Assembly: GCF_006345805.1 (NCBI RefSeq)
Contig: NC_042997.1
Span: 73,346,001 to 73,410,000, forward strand
Origin: Octopus sinensis
Taxonomy: Eukaryota
Reading direction: 5' to 3'
DNA length: 64,000 bases
Shown: piece after piece, positions 36,901 through 48,343 of the stretch
Layout of the letters: each line of letters opens with the position of its first letter
Position numbering within the stretch: the stretch's first letter is position 1
Notes under the pieces: model-generated
The model's input: only the letters and a program-made list of their open reading frames with translations
Database searches by the model: none
Told to the model about the DNA's origin: nothing
Translations under genes and position numbers: made by a program

Positions 36901-37635
36901 ACCCAAAATGCCGATTCTGCAACGACATGATTGAAACAGTGGACCACCTAATCTCTGGATGTAAAGTCTTAGCACCAGTGGAGTATAAATTAAGACATGA
37001 CAGAGTTGACCAATGTCTCCACTGGCTAATAAGTCGGCATTACAATATCAAAACTGCCGACAAGTGGTATAATCACCACCCTGAGGCTGTAACTGAAGGA
37101 GAAAATGTAACCATTCTGTGGGACTTTCCAGTACATACAGACCGAACCATCAAGGCCAATAAACCAGATATTGTTGTGAAAGACCAAAACAATAAAGTTT
37201 GCTTATTGATCGACATGAGCATCCCCTGTGATCATAATATCTCAGCGAAAGAGTTTGACAAGCTCAGAAAATATAAAGACCTACTCATTGAAATTGAGAA
37301 AATGTGGCATCTCAAGGCGGTTACAATACCAGTGATCGTAGGAGCACTAGGAATGATCAAGAAGGGAACCGAAAATTATATGAGAATGATCCCTGGCTTA
37401 CCATCCCTGCAAGAAGTGCAAAAGATTGTCTTAACTGGTTCATCACACGTATTGAGAAGAGCATTGTCGTTGTGAGAACTGTTGCTGCTCATGTATTTTA
37501 ATTTAGCTTAAAAAAAAAAAAAAATGAACGAACTATTGAGTTTGGTTTAATGGCCTACCAATGTATACTATGAGTTTCTTTGCCCTAGGAGTCGGGAAGA
37601 CACTCGGCAAGAAATGGAAGCAAATTTGAAAGAAG
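33984..37635 (+). mobile_element. R4/Dong-type LINE family A copy 2, 5'-truncated, near intact
   Basis: Starts directly after a (TAA)n tract, carries the long ORF below, and ends in poly-A/(TAA)n at 37636-37675. Confidence 0.95.
34317..37475 (+). CDS. RT + CCHC zinc knuckle + restriction-like endonuclease polyprotein (R4/Dong type), 1052-codon open frame
   Basis: WKSPGKDRVPNFW, EQKGCRRGSYGCKDQLL, GIFQGDSLSP, FYMDDLK, CRFCNDMIETVDHLISGC, RHDRV and NKPDI..DM..EFDKLRKY. The first ~30 codons are out-of-frame read-through; the true N-terminus lies in another frame upstream of a frameshift near 34410. Confidence 0.9.
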   Translation: MKDCHLTKVRKGLKIQEILLYLLKIARKTKKTTVTEDLAFAEEHRESMAEMRQKILNTLEVVRHTSMNDREPLHKLSNTNQNKKQIQIGNYVTNEIIRELKPDFTELNEIIYASARAIETSCMPPKKQRKQNLGRNQTWRSKIEKEIEFMRGEISILNEIICGNDVRSRTGRKMKRKFGSSPREELISIKETLKQKVQAKAQRIRRFEKRNKIYKQNKLFTSNAKKFYREIGKEKVTVKDPPPMEEVQNFWKRIWSDKKTYNINADWIIQTEGSYQNFQQQAWEDITIADLRKALTKAHNWKSPGKDRVPNFWLASLPCAHGKLVQLLNGIMRDPKKTPEWLASGITYLLPKNNETNLPKNYRPITCLSTTYKILTSILAEKTYAFMEKNDIFPIEQKGCRRGSYGCKDQLLINRMILENCHNKRRNLSTAWIDYKKAFDSIPHPWILRSLDIFKISPVISNFLKHNMSLWNTNLQLYHSNGVLASENININCGIFQGDSLSPLIFCITLIPLTSKLNRTGYGYKIANKKISHLFYMDDLKLYGKDNNELEGLLRTVKAFSDDIRMEFGLEKCAKATFQKGKVKTTNSVVLDVDTVIRELEQEQTYKYLGINEGSGIQHASMKEKIRKECYRRVRAVLKSELNARNKVLAINSLAVPVVTYSYNVFNWNMSEVRNIDRKIRKLLSCNRMHHPKADVDRLYLPRAQGGRGLIQFELAYKTTTIGLAKYLEISNDWMLKLVENHERRKKLHSIIKESKKFAIDLVQDTQTEQPEGSTATIVAKKVKMMAMKKAHEQLADRWEEKPLHGKYVTRSKQADVDQKQTYQWLQSSGLKAESEGFILAAQDQSLLTRNYQANVMKNGADPKCRFCNDMIETVDHLISGCKVLAPVEYKLRHDRVDQCLHWLISRHYNIKTADKWYNHHPEAVTEGENVTILWDFPVHTDRTIKANKPDIVVKDQNNKVCLLIDMSIPCDHNISAKEFDKLRKYKDLLIEIEKMWHLKAVTIPVIVGALGMIKKGTENYMRMIPGLPSLQEVQKIVLTGSSHVLRRALSL

Positions 37636-37676
37636 AAAAAAAAAAAAATAATAATAATAATGATAATAATAATAAC

Positions 37677-40521
37677 AAACAAACCCTGTGTATAAATAAC
37701 ATCCAAAACAAAATACAAAAAATAAGAAAAGATCTGTCGATTCTTAATGAAATCAGTAGACAATGAACGCTGCTGAGCAACAAAAAGAAAACAAAAATAC
37801 TCCGCAAATACAATATCACACAAAAAGATTTACCTGAGATAAAAGAAAAGCTAAAGCAAGATATCCTTGCCAAAGCACAAGGGATCCGCCGGTACGAGAA
37901 ACGCCAGCGCTTCTTTGAACAAAACAAAAAGTTCAACTCCAACCTCAAAAAGTTCTACCAAGAACTTGGCAAAAATAAAATAGAAATTACTGCAGCACCA
38001 ACGACAGAAGAAGTGGAAGAATTCTGGAGAGAAATATGGTCGGCGAACGAACAACCAAAAGAAAAAAGGAGTATTGAAATAACAAATTCAGCATCTGAGC
38101 AACTTTGGACCCCCATAACAACTGAAGAGGTCACCCAGGCACTGCAAAGACTAAGCAACTGGAAGGCACCTGGGCATGACAAGATCCCCAACTTCTGGTT
38201 GAAATATCTAACAGGAATGCACAAAAAGCTGGCTGAAAATTTTAACAACATACTAGCAGAGCCAGAGACAATGCCTGAATGGCTCACGAAGGGGAAAACC
38301 ATCTTAATTCCCAAATCAAATGAGACAGCAAAACCAGAAAACTACAGACCAATAACCTGTCTCCCAAAATGTACAAGGCATTTACTGCAGTGATATCGCA
38401 ATGGTTGAACAAGCACCTGGACGAAAACAACCTGTTTCCAGAAGAGCAGAAAGGATGCCGCAAGGGCTCATACGGCTGTAAAGATCAACTAATGATCAAT
38501 AAAGCCATAACTGAGGACAGCCACAGAAAGAAGAAAGGCCTCAGTATGGCCTGGATTGACTACAAAAAGGCGTTTGATAGCATCCCCCACACATGGATCC
38601 TCGAAACACTAGCCATTAACAAAGTAGCACCAACAATTATAAAATTCATTGGGCACTCTATGAATAAATGGCAAACAGTGCTACAGCTCCAAACAAAAGA
38701 GGGACTCATGAAAACCAAAGACATCCCCATTAGAAGAGGAATATTCCATGGAGACACGCTCTCTCCACTCTTTTTCTGCTTGGCACTGTCACCTCTACCT
38801 GATATGCTAAATAGAACTGGATGCGGATATAAATGTTACGGCAAAACGATCAGCCACCTTTTATATATGGATGACCTAAAACTATACGCTGCAAATGACA
38901 AACAGCTGGAAACACTATTAGAGACAGTTCATGGATTTACCAAAGAAATAGATATGAAATTTGGATTAGAAAAATGCGCCAAAGTAACCATGAAAAGAGG
39001 AAAACTAGTTAAGAGTAGCAACATCATACTAGATAAAACCAATGAAATAAAAGAATTAGACCAAAGCCAAACTTACAAATACTTAGGAATCCATGAACTA
39101 GATAAGACACAACACACACAAATGAAAGAGAAAACAAAAAAAGAATATTATAGACGAGTTAGATCAATACTAAAAACAGAGCTCAATGCTAAAAACAAGA
39201 TAATAGGTATTAACACTTTAGCTGTCCCAGTTATAAGTTACAGCTACAATATCCTTAACTGAACACTAAATGAACTGACCAAAATAGATAGGAAAACAAG
39301 AAAAATAATTGACAGGGTCTAGGATGCATCACCCAAAATCTGACATAGAAAGACTATATATACAGCGTATAGAAGGTGGTAGAGGCCTTATACAGCTGGA
39401 AAACTACTATAAAATAACCACCATAGGACTGCAAAAACACCTACTTCAGAAGGAAGGAAAACTGATACAAATAGCGGCAAAACACGAGCAAAACAAAAAG
39501 CTGTTCTCAGTATTTAAGGAAGCTGACAAATACAAACAAGAAATCATACCACCTAACAAATATAAAGAAGAAGAAAAAGAAGATGAAGAAACAACAAAAG
39601 CTATAAAACAAATGAAATCCAAACTAAAACTAGAACAGCAAAGAACCATGATAAAACGATGGCAAGAAAAACCCCTCCACGGTAAATACTGGACTAAACT
39701 AAATGCAAAAGAAATAGACAAAGAAAAATCCCAGCAATGGTTGAGAAGCTCGGGACTCAAAGCAGAGACAGAGGGATTTTTAATTGCAGCACAAGACCAA
39801 AGCCTCCCCACCAGAAATTACCAAAAACATATAATGAAAAGAAATATAACAAGTAACTGCAGAATATGTGGAGATGGACAAGAAACAATAAATCATATTA
39901 TCTCTGGCTGCCCAGTCCTGGCTAAGAAGGAGTATATTCACAGACACGACAGAGTTGGGACCTACATACACTGGAAGCTATGCCAACATTATGGAATAAC
40001 AGCATAAAAAAGATGGTATAGGCACACACCAGAAAAGGTCACAGAAAATGAGAAAGCAACCATACTCTGGGATATGTCAATATACACAGATAGAGAAATT
40101 AAGGCCAACATACTAGATATAGTTGTCAGAGATCATGAAGGAAAAAAATGCTTTCTAATTGATGTATCAATACCGGCAGATGACAACGTGTCTCTAAAAG
40201 AAATGGAGAAACTTTCAAAATACAAAGACCCGGAAATGGAGGTAACCAGAATGTGGAATCTAAAAACAGAAACAATTCCTATCATAGTAGGTGCATTAGG
40301 CATGATAAAGAAATATTCAGACAAATACATAACAAAAACACCAGGACTTACAAACACATATAACATACAGAAAATTGCACTACTAGGCACTGCACACATC
40401 CTACGCAGAACACTTTCCATACAATAACCATCAGAGCATCACAACAAATCACAGCACATACCCAAGGCACACAGAGCTGCGCTCGGTAGTGAAGTGAAAG
40501 CACGCTATAAAAATAAAACTA

Positions 40522-40524
<3 letters not shown>
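37677..40524 (+). mobile_element. R4/Dong-type LINE family C, 5'-truncated, few frameshifts
   Basis: WKAPGHDKIPNFW, AWIDYKKAFDSIPH, LYMDDLKLY, CRICGDGQETINHIISGC and KYKDPEME. Flanked by (TAA)n on both sides. Confidence 0.93.
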
Positions 40525-40552
<28 letters not shown>

Positions 40553-40566
40553 TAATAATAATGATG

Positions 40567-40609
<43 letters not shown>

Positions 40610-40628
40610 TAATAATAATAAATAATAA
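40525..40628. repeat. (TAA)n tract (others at 33950-33983, 37648-37675, 41183-41267, 42531-42597)
   Basis: Direct reading. Each lies at a junction between elements. Confidence 0.95.
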
Positions 40629-41182
40629 ATGCCTTGATGCAGTACCAGGCAGTGGCTCCCGTGGCTTCTAATCTTAACTGATTGGAAGTGTTATCATGTA
40701 AATTGTTTGTCTTGGTATAAAAGATGGGCCACAGCAAATATTCTGCTCAATACCACAGATTTGCTTGTCAGTTGTTTGACCTTAACCAGTTGAGCATGTC
40801 CCTTAGTGGCTGACGATATGTGCATCTCTGATCACGAGTAGAAGTAGTGGGGAGCATCATAGCCATGTGTTGAGAGGGATTCTTTGGGGATTTGGATAAT
40901 TAACCCTTGGAAACATCGGTGTTTCGTTCAACATCCTTAAACAACCCTTATTTAGGAACTTTTTGAGCGGGATGGGTTACTCGACCAGAAGAAAGTTCTA
41001 ACTGGGCCCCACCTGCAAGGTCATGTGCTGTTTATCTTGATATGAGATCACCATGTCGCACACATATGGTTGTGATGCATGTGCCTTGTGTACCCTTATC
41101 AGACGGGTAGTCATGACTGGTATACTGGGCTTCGTATATTTTATCCCAGTGTCACTTGATGGGATGCACTGCTCTTTCACTC
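40629..41182 (+). mobile_element. ~555 bp non-coding retroposon-like element between two (TAA)n tracts
   Basis: Partial second copy at 43082-43385. No ORF recognised. The 3' end CTTTCACTC runs into (AAT)n. Confidence 0.7.
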
Positions 41183-41195
41183 AATAATAATAATG

Positions 41196-41269
<74 letters not shown>

Positions 41270-41271
<2 letters not shown>

Positions 41272-42528
41272 CAACAACATCAATAAGATGATCTTGGAAG
41301 ATTTCACAAATGACACAAAAACTTGTCGATTAAGAAATGTCTGAAAATGTATAAAATAATAGCATCTACTCTGCGAAACTTCTTGTCTGTAAGTATAAAA
41401 TCATGGAGAACCACACTGATTTTGAATCGTGACAATGAATCTCTTAATACTGGAGATGTAAGAATAAATGTACAAAAGTTCCTTTTATCAAAGGAAAAAT
41501 CACAAAAACATCCAACGTTAACCTTGACCAGCAGAATGTTATAAAGGAGTTAGAACCAGCGGAGAGCTCCAAATCCCTAGAGGTATTTCAAAGTGATGGA
41601 ATCAAACATTCAATGACGAGGGAAAGGATCAGAAGATAATGTTATCGCAGTGTAAGGGCAATACTCAAGACAGAGCTGAATGCAGGGAACAGGATCGAAG
41701 CGATCAATACCTTAGCCATACTTGTCTCGACTTACAGTTTCAATATCATTAACTGGTAAATTACTGAAATATGTAATCTTGACAGAAAGATACAAAACTT
41801 GTTGACAATGCATAGAATACACCACCCTAAGGCAGATACAGTACGACTTTACCTGCTAAGAAAAGAGGGTGGCCGTGGATTTTAAAAACTGGAATTAACA
41901 ATGAAGATTGCCACAATTGGCCTCAACACCTACCTGAAAATCTCTGATGACTAGATGTTAAAACTTGTCTTAAACCACCTCCAATGCTTGAAAATGACTA
42001 CATCTTACTCCTCTGGAACTTCACCATTCAAACTGACAGAAAGATAGATGCGAATAGGCCAGACATTATATTGAAAGACTTCAGACAAAAAACATGCCTC
42101 CTCATTGATATGACTGTCCCAATCGATATAAACGTATCCATCAAGACCTATCAAAAACTGAGCAATTATAAAGATCTTGAAATAGAAACAATCCCTAAAA
42201 CAATCCTTGTTGTCATAGTTGCCCTAGGAATGATAGCAAAAGGGGTTGATTGCTACCTAGCTCAGATACGAGGAAACATCAAAATGGCAGAAATTCAAAA
42301 GATAGTGCTCATGGGAACTGCCCATATCCTACATAACATACTGTCTATGTAATCTCAAATTTTAAAACAAACTTATAATTTTCTTGTTTTCTAGAACAAT
42401 ACAACGTGCAAAACCAAATATAGGTCACCCTAGGTATAACACCAACTTGAACTCCTAACGTTTTGTCTCCCGAGGTCTCTGGGTGAGACTTGAAATCAAC
42501 TTGTACAAATACAAAGCAAAAGTCAAAC

Positions 42529-42530
<2 letters not shown>
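41270..42530 (+). mobile_element. R4/Dong family B copy 2, truncated with internal deletions
   Basis: Aligns to 31835-33949 with deletions, e.g. joins ~32815 to ~33365. Same 3' UTR ending GTCAAACAT(AAT)n. Confidence 0.9.
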
Positions 42531-42597
<67 letters not shown>

Positions 42598-43082
42598 TTA
42601 AAATCTGAAACATAGCAGCTCAAGATCAATGCCTACCAACAAGGAACTACCAGACCAACATATTAAAGAACGGCAGTAGACCAACATGTCGTGTATGTCA
42701 ACAACAAAATGAAACCATTGATCATGTTGACTCGAAGTGCTGTCTTCTAACGCCTACAGAGTATCTCAACAGGCATGATAGAGCTGCACAATATGTTCAC
42801 TGGGTAATTTGCAAAAACCTGCAAAAACTCCATGAAAAAAACTGGTGGGAACACAAACCACCTCCAGTGCTTGAAAATGACCACATCTCACTCCTCTGGA
42901 ACTTCACAATTCAACCTGACAGAAAGATAGATGCAAATAGGCTAGACATCATATTGAAAGACATCAGACAAAGAACATGCCTCCTCATTGATATGACTGT
43001 CTCAATCGATATTCCAAAACCTGAGCAAATATAAAGATCTTGAAATAGAAATCAGCAAAATGTGGAACCTGAAGACTAAAAC
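42598..43082 (+). mobile_element. R4/Dong family B copy 3, short internal/3' fragment
   Basis: Aligns to 33097-33610 and starts after a (TAA)n tract. Confidence 0.88.
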
Positions 43083-43385
43083 ATCTCTGATCATGAGCAG
43101 AAGTAGGGGAGGGAGCATCAGAGGTTTGGATAATTCACCTTTGGAAACATGGGTGGTTCGTTCCACATCCTTAAACAACCCTTATTCAGGGACCTTTTGA
43201 TCGGGATGGGCTACTCGACCAGAAGAAAATTCTAACTGGACTCCACCTGCAAGGTCATGCGCTGTTTATCCTGATATGAGATCACCATGTCGCGCACATA
43301 TGGTTGTGATGCATGTGTCTAGTGTACCCTTGTCAGACGGGTAGTCATGATGGGTATACTGGGCTTCGTATATTTTACCACAGTG
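43082..43385 (+). repeat. Partial second copy of the 40629-41182 element
   Basis: CATCTCTGATCA..AGAAGTAG through GGGCTTCGTATATTTTA matches 40825-41150. Confidence 0.85.
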
Positions 43386-44168
43386 AGGAAACAATGGGAG
43401 ACCAAGACAACAAATATTCCTGTAGTGATTGCTGAACACCTAAAATGAGACCTAAAAGACTGAAAGAGATTGGAAATTGAAACTGTAGAAAAGTACCATC
43501 CTATATTCTGCAAGAACACCAAGGAAGCTTATTGAGAATTGAGAAAACTTGTTATCACCAAATAGCCAGATAAAATACCTGCTAACTAAATTGACATGCA
43601 CTAGCGTAAACATATTTTCAAATTTTGGCACAAAGCCAGCAAATTCAAACGAGGAGCTAAGTCAATCACAGCGATCCCAGTACTGAACTAGTAGTTATTT
43701 AACCGTCCCCGAAACTATGAAAAGCCCTAAGAGTAATAATAATAATAAACTTGTAATTTGGTCTTTCGAAATCGATGCCGGGAACATGATGTTGTTCTTA
43801 TATGCTCACATTTTATTGTACAACAATAGACACCGTATTGGGATTAAACAGAACAAGCCTGTTATAGCCTTTTAAATAGTTCACGATTGCTGTATTTCAC
43901 TTGTCACTTTATCACTTGTACTTCAAAAGCCTGTCGGTTGCGATGTTTTTTTCCGACAGCTTCTTTGTATAAACCTATTAAATTACCGTCTAACCTAACA
44001 TTTTTTACTGCGTGTCTTTACTGAACCTAAGATGTTTTATTCTAATCTTCCACTTAAAAATCTTTATACTTATTAATGAACATATTTAATAGGGCTGCAC
44101 CTATCCCGAATGCGTAAGTTGAAAACCAGCAAGTAGAAATTGTACTCTGCGCGATCCACATCCACTAA

Positions 44169-45300
44169 TCATATCTATAAAAGGCAGGATGTGTGTGCGT
44201 GTGTGTGTGTGTGTGTGTGTACGTGATTGTAATTTAGGCACGTCCACAAATTATCACGCATGTAGCTCAAATTTTAGGAGGACATTTGTCAACATCCTAT
44301 CTGGGTTTTGTCAACTTATTTTTTCCCGAGGCACCCACGAATAGGGTAAAAACCTGTTTTCAACCATTTTCAACCATAGCTTTTAACCATAACAAATATC
44401 AGCCATTGGTTTTTGATGGCGTCTAACAAAGAAAATAAGATAAAGAAAAGGGGAAGAAGGAGGCGGAGAGTTTCACAGGAAAGACAAAGTGAGAGGGAGA
44501 GAGAGAGAGCCATTGCTTTTTTGACGGCGTCTAAAAAAAATAAGATAGATAAAGGAAAGTGAAAGAAGGAGGCAGACGGTTTCACGGGAAAGACAAAGTG
44601 AGAGAGGGAGAGAGAGAGTCATTGCTTTTTTGATAGCGTCTAACAAAAAAAAAAAGAAATAAGATATAGAAAAGTGGAAGAAGGAAGCAGAGAGTTTCAC
44701 GGGAAAGACAAAGTGAGAGAGGGAAAGAGAGAGTAAGTTATGACGTTCATAAAAAATAAAATGTAAAATGTTTTGTTTTTTGTTTTTGAAAGACACACTA
44801 TATTTCATAATCATAGTATATATTCTTTCTCACACAACAATTACAATATATTTATTTTAAATCGTTCTTCTTTCTCCCCCCTTACTCTCTCTCACACACA
44901 TTACTTTGGGTGCGAAAGTGTTTTGTTTTTATTTTACGCCGAGTAAAAAGTGTTTTGATGACAATCCATTTATTTAATAACAAAGAAACAAAGAGGTGAG
45001 TAACAATTTGTCAGTGAATTACACAATATAGATGGGTACAATTTGCGAGGCTTCCACCACACCTCACTCCGTTTCACGACCACAAAACGGGTTTTGAGGC
45101 CAGAGTAATTGATTTCACGCAAAAAAAAGATTTTGTTTTTCTTAGTGAAAATCGTGCGAGTGTTAATCTACAAATTGAACATTTTTTCCATTCATTTCTG
45201 TTTATGAACATGTATGCGTGCACAAAACATGCAATAGGTGTACGTACGTACGTACGTGTGTGTATGTGTGTTCGTGTCTGTTGCCCATATATATTTATAT

Positions 45301-45369
<69 letters not shown>

Positions 45370-45508
45370 ATATATATATAATATAACTAATTTCAACAGG
45401 TTTCGCCCAAATTTGACGTCTATATTACTTAGTTTGGTTTGAAATAAAGAACTTAATTAGCTTAATAATCGTAACTTAATCCCGGGCAAGGCCGGGTTAT
45501 ACTGCTAG
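44169..45508 (+). mobile_element. Non-autonomous Helitron
   Basis: A|TC 5' end. GC hairpin CCCGG-GCAAGG-CCGGG at 45481-45496 followed by CTAG|T. Internal microsatellites and a minisatellite. Confidence 0.75.
44402..44735. repeat. Minisatellite, three ~107-117 bp units
   Basis: Units start at 44402, 44509 and 44618 (CATTG.TTTTTGA.GGCGTCTAA...GAAAGACAAAGTGAGAG). Confidence 0.9.
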
Positions 45509-45519
45509 TGTAAAATATT

Positions 45520-46400
45520 GATCGATACACCATCTGAAAAACCCACTGAGGATTTTCAAATTTCAATTTATTGCATTCGGGAAAGATATTGAAAACCTTT
45601 CACATATTTGCAAAAGCCTGGGCAGTTTTGACTGTCTACACTTTCACCTAATTTCCCAATCTTATTATGTGATTAAAATCACACCAGACATAAAGTAACA
45701 CTGATGAAAAAGTATAAATGGTGTTTTTGACTAAGAAATATCAAACCACCGACTGAGTACAAAAAGATTGTCCTCTCGTTTAGACCAAATCTTTCAGAAA
45801 CAATGTGGGACAGAGGAAGTGGAGGATGCACTTCCCGGGAATTTTAGTTTTACTGATGCTCAATACGTTAATTCTTAGTGTCTTCAGATCATTTAGAAAA
45901 TCTACTTGCAATTCTGCTGACTTCAAGACATTCACATTGTTGAATCCCATTTTCACAATACGGCCGTAGATGAAAATGGGATATTACCGCGCTTTATAAT
46001 TCGTTTTGCAATCCATTGTTTTTATTTATACTTCAAATATATAGATTTTAGATCGTTTTAAATGGACACAATTTCATGAGGAACTTTTCACAAAAGTCTT
46101 ACTTATTCATAATGCTATGTTCACCTTGTATCTAGCTTTAGTAGTTTTCGGAAGAGTGATTATAGACTCCATTCTGAATATATACTTCTACTGCTTCAGA
46201 CAACAGTGAGTTTCAGTAGTTACAACTTTATCCCTTTCTTGCGCTAGATGTTAATACTGTTGCTTCCGTTGCTAATAGTCTATTATAGATATAATCTGCT
46301 CACTCGTTTACTACGTGGCTTTAACTCTTTGAATTTTTCACGTTTTGAAGTATCGACACCTATTCTTGGTCATCTTTCCTTCGATATGATCAACCCTTAC
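45520..46400 (-). mobile_element. Highly decayed L1/Tx1-like fragment (APE N-terminus, possible ORF1 remnant)
   Basis: Minus peptide MGFNNVNVLKSAELQVDFLNDLKTLRINVLSISKTKI aligns by eye to LGCINVRGMGSKWKQACFRDDLISHRIDVAVVTESKM of T2. Confidence 0.5.
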
Positions 46401-46467
46401 TTCATCTCACGCTCACACAAAATACATACTCATATATGTGTATGTATAACCTTGTTTTAGCGTATGC

Positions 46468-46530
<63 letters not shown>

Positions 46531-46563
46531 TGAATGTATGTATGTATGTATTGTGTTTTGTAT

Positions 46564-46625
<62 letters not shown>

Positions 46626-46630
<5 letters not shown>

Positions 46631-46906
46631 TGCAGCGTGGAAGGTGTTTATAAGCCATTTAAGAAACACACAAAAGCCGTTCGATTCACTCCAACATTTA
46701 AGTTTAATTTGTCAAAATATTTTCGTCGCTAAAATCCGCGACCTTTTCACTGACAAAGTCCGTGCTGCACGGACTTTGTCAGTGAACAGGTCGCGGATTT
46801 TAGCGACGAAAATATTTTGACAAATTAAACTTAAATGTTGGAGTGAATCGAACGGCTTTTGTGTGTTTCTTAAATGGCTTATAAACACCTTCCACGCTGC
46901 AATTGT
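46626..46906. mobile_element. 281 bp near-perfect palindrome (MITE/foldback)
   Basis: Two 140 bp arms around a single T at 46766. One mismatch seen. Confidence 0.9.
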
Positions 46907-46962
46907 TTTCGTTTCAGCACACGATCTCAGATCAAATTACTTGCTATGCGAGTACATCTCCG

Positions 46963-47010
<48 letters not shown>

Positions 47011-47164
47011 TATATATACACATGTATATGCGTGTATTTGTATGTGACTGTGTCTGCTTCCATATATATATTTATTAATTTTTTTCTTTTACTTGTTTCA
47101 GTCATCTGACTGTGGCCATGCTGGAGCATCGCCTTCAATCGAACAAATCAACCCCAGGAGTTGT

Positions 47165-47290
47165 AAACCTAGTACTTAGTCTATCGGTTCTTTTGCCGAA
47201 CCGTTAAGTGACATACCAGCAACGGTTATCAAGCGATGCTGGGGGGACAAACACACACAAATAACAAATGCATACGCGCGCACACACACA

Positions 47291-47337
<47 letters not shown>

Positions 47338-47350
47338 ACATACACACACA

Positions 47351-47408
<58 letters not shown>

Positions 47409-47480
47409 GACGGGCTCCTTTCAGTTTCCATCTACCAAATCCACTAACAAGGCTTTGGTCGGCCTGAGAGTTATACGTCG
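47165..47480 (-). mobile_element. Partial SINE of the 4857-5156 family
   Basis: TTTTGCCGAACCG..AAG and TTTCAGTTTCC.TCTACCAAATCCACT.ACAAGGC are shared. Confidence 0.75.
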
Positions 47481-47619
47481 GTCTGCTTTGGGTTTATATT
47501 ATCTGTCAACAGCCATTTTGACCTTCGTTTACCTCCTTCTGTGTAATGTCTTCTCGCTCTACCAAATCTTCTCCCTTCACTTGACAGTCTGGCTAAAATC
47601 TTGATCTACAAAAGTATTT

Positions 47620-47962
47620 ATGGGTAAGGATAAAGACCCCACTTCGGTCATGAATGACCATGGAATTGCACCAGAAAGTTACCCTGCGAGGTACAAATCA
47701 AGGCAAGGTTGTTTATGGAAGACTAGCAGTCGCCCATGTATACGAACCTCCCCTCTCCATGCCATCGATGTTACCCAACGGAAAAGCAAAGACTGATACA
47801 TCTTGGCACCAGTGACGTCGCAACTCATTTCTACAGCTGAGTGAACTGGAGCAACGTGAAATAAATAGTCTTGCTCAAGAACATAACACACAGCCCGGCC
47901 TGGAATCGGATTCTCTACCTCATGATTGTGAACCCGACACTCTAACCATTGAGCCATGCGCC
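47620..47962 (-). mobile_element. tRNA-headed SINE (second family)
   Basis: Minus head GGCGCATGGCTCAATGGTTAGAGTGTCGGG...AATCCGATTCC, followed by a conserved-domain-like TTGCTCCAGTTCACTCAGCTGTAGAAATG. Confidence 0.7.
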
Positions 47963-47964
47963 TT

Positions 47965-48265
47965 AGTGACCCTCATACTTTCTCTTCGTCTTTGCATTCT
48001 GTATTTCTCTTCTGTCCTCTTTTTCTTTCTCTCGTTGTCTTAGTTACTGCATCTGTCACTCTATATTTCCAAGGATATGCACATATATAGTTTTTTTTTT
48101 ATCTGTTGTTTCTGTCATCATCTTTACAGCCTCTCATAGAGAATTTTCATATATCTATCCATAAACAGAATTTCAAACATTTATCTTATTCTTCTCGGAA
48201 GGACATCTTCCGCAATCTCCTGAATTTCATTCCCTACATATGTATATGTTTTTTTATTGGTTATG

Positions 48266-48343
<78 letters not shown>

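Noticed and set aside
44402-44735. Regular repeats as a CRISPR array
   Set aside because: Contiguous ~110 bp units with no unique spacers, no cas genes, eukaryotic context.
45945-45981. Neat hairpin TCCCATTTTCA...TGAAAATGGGA near a decayed APE start
   Set aside because: Single instance with no homologue in the window, so function is unsupported.
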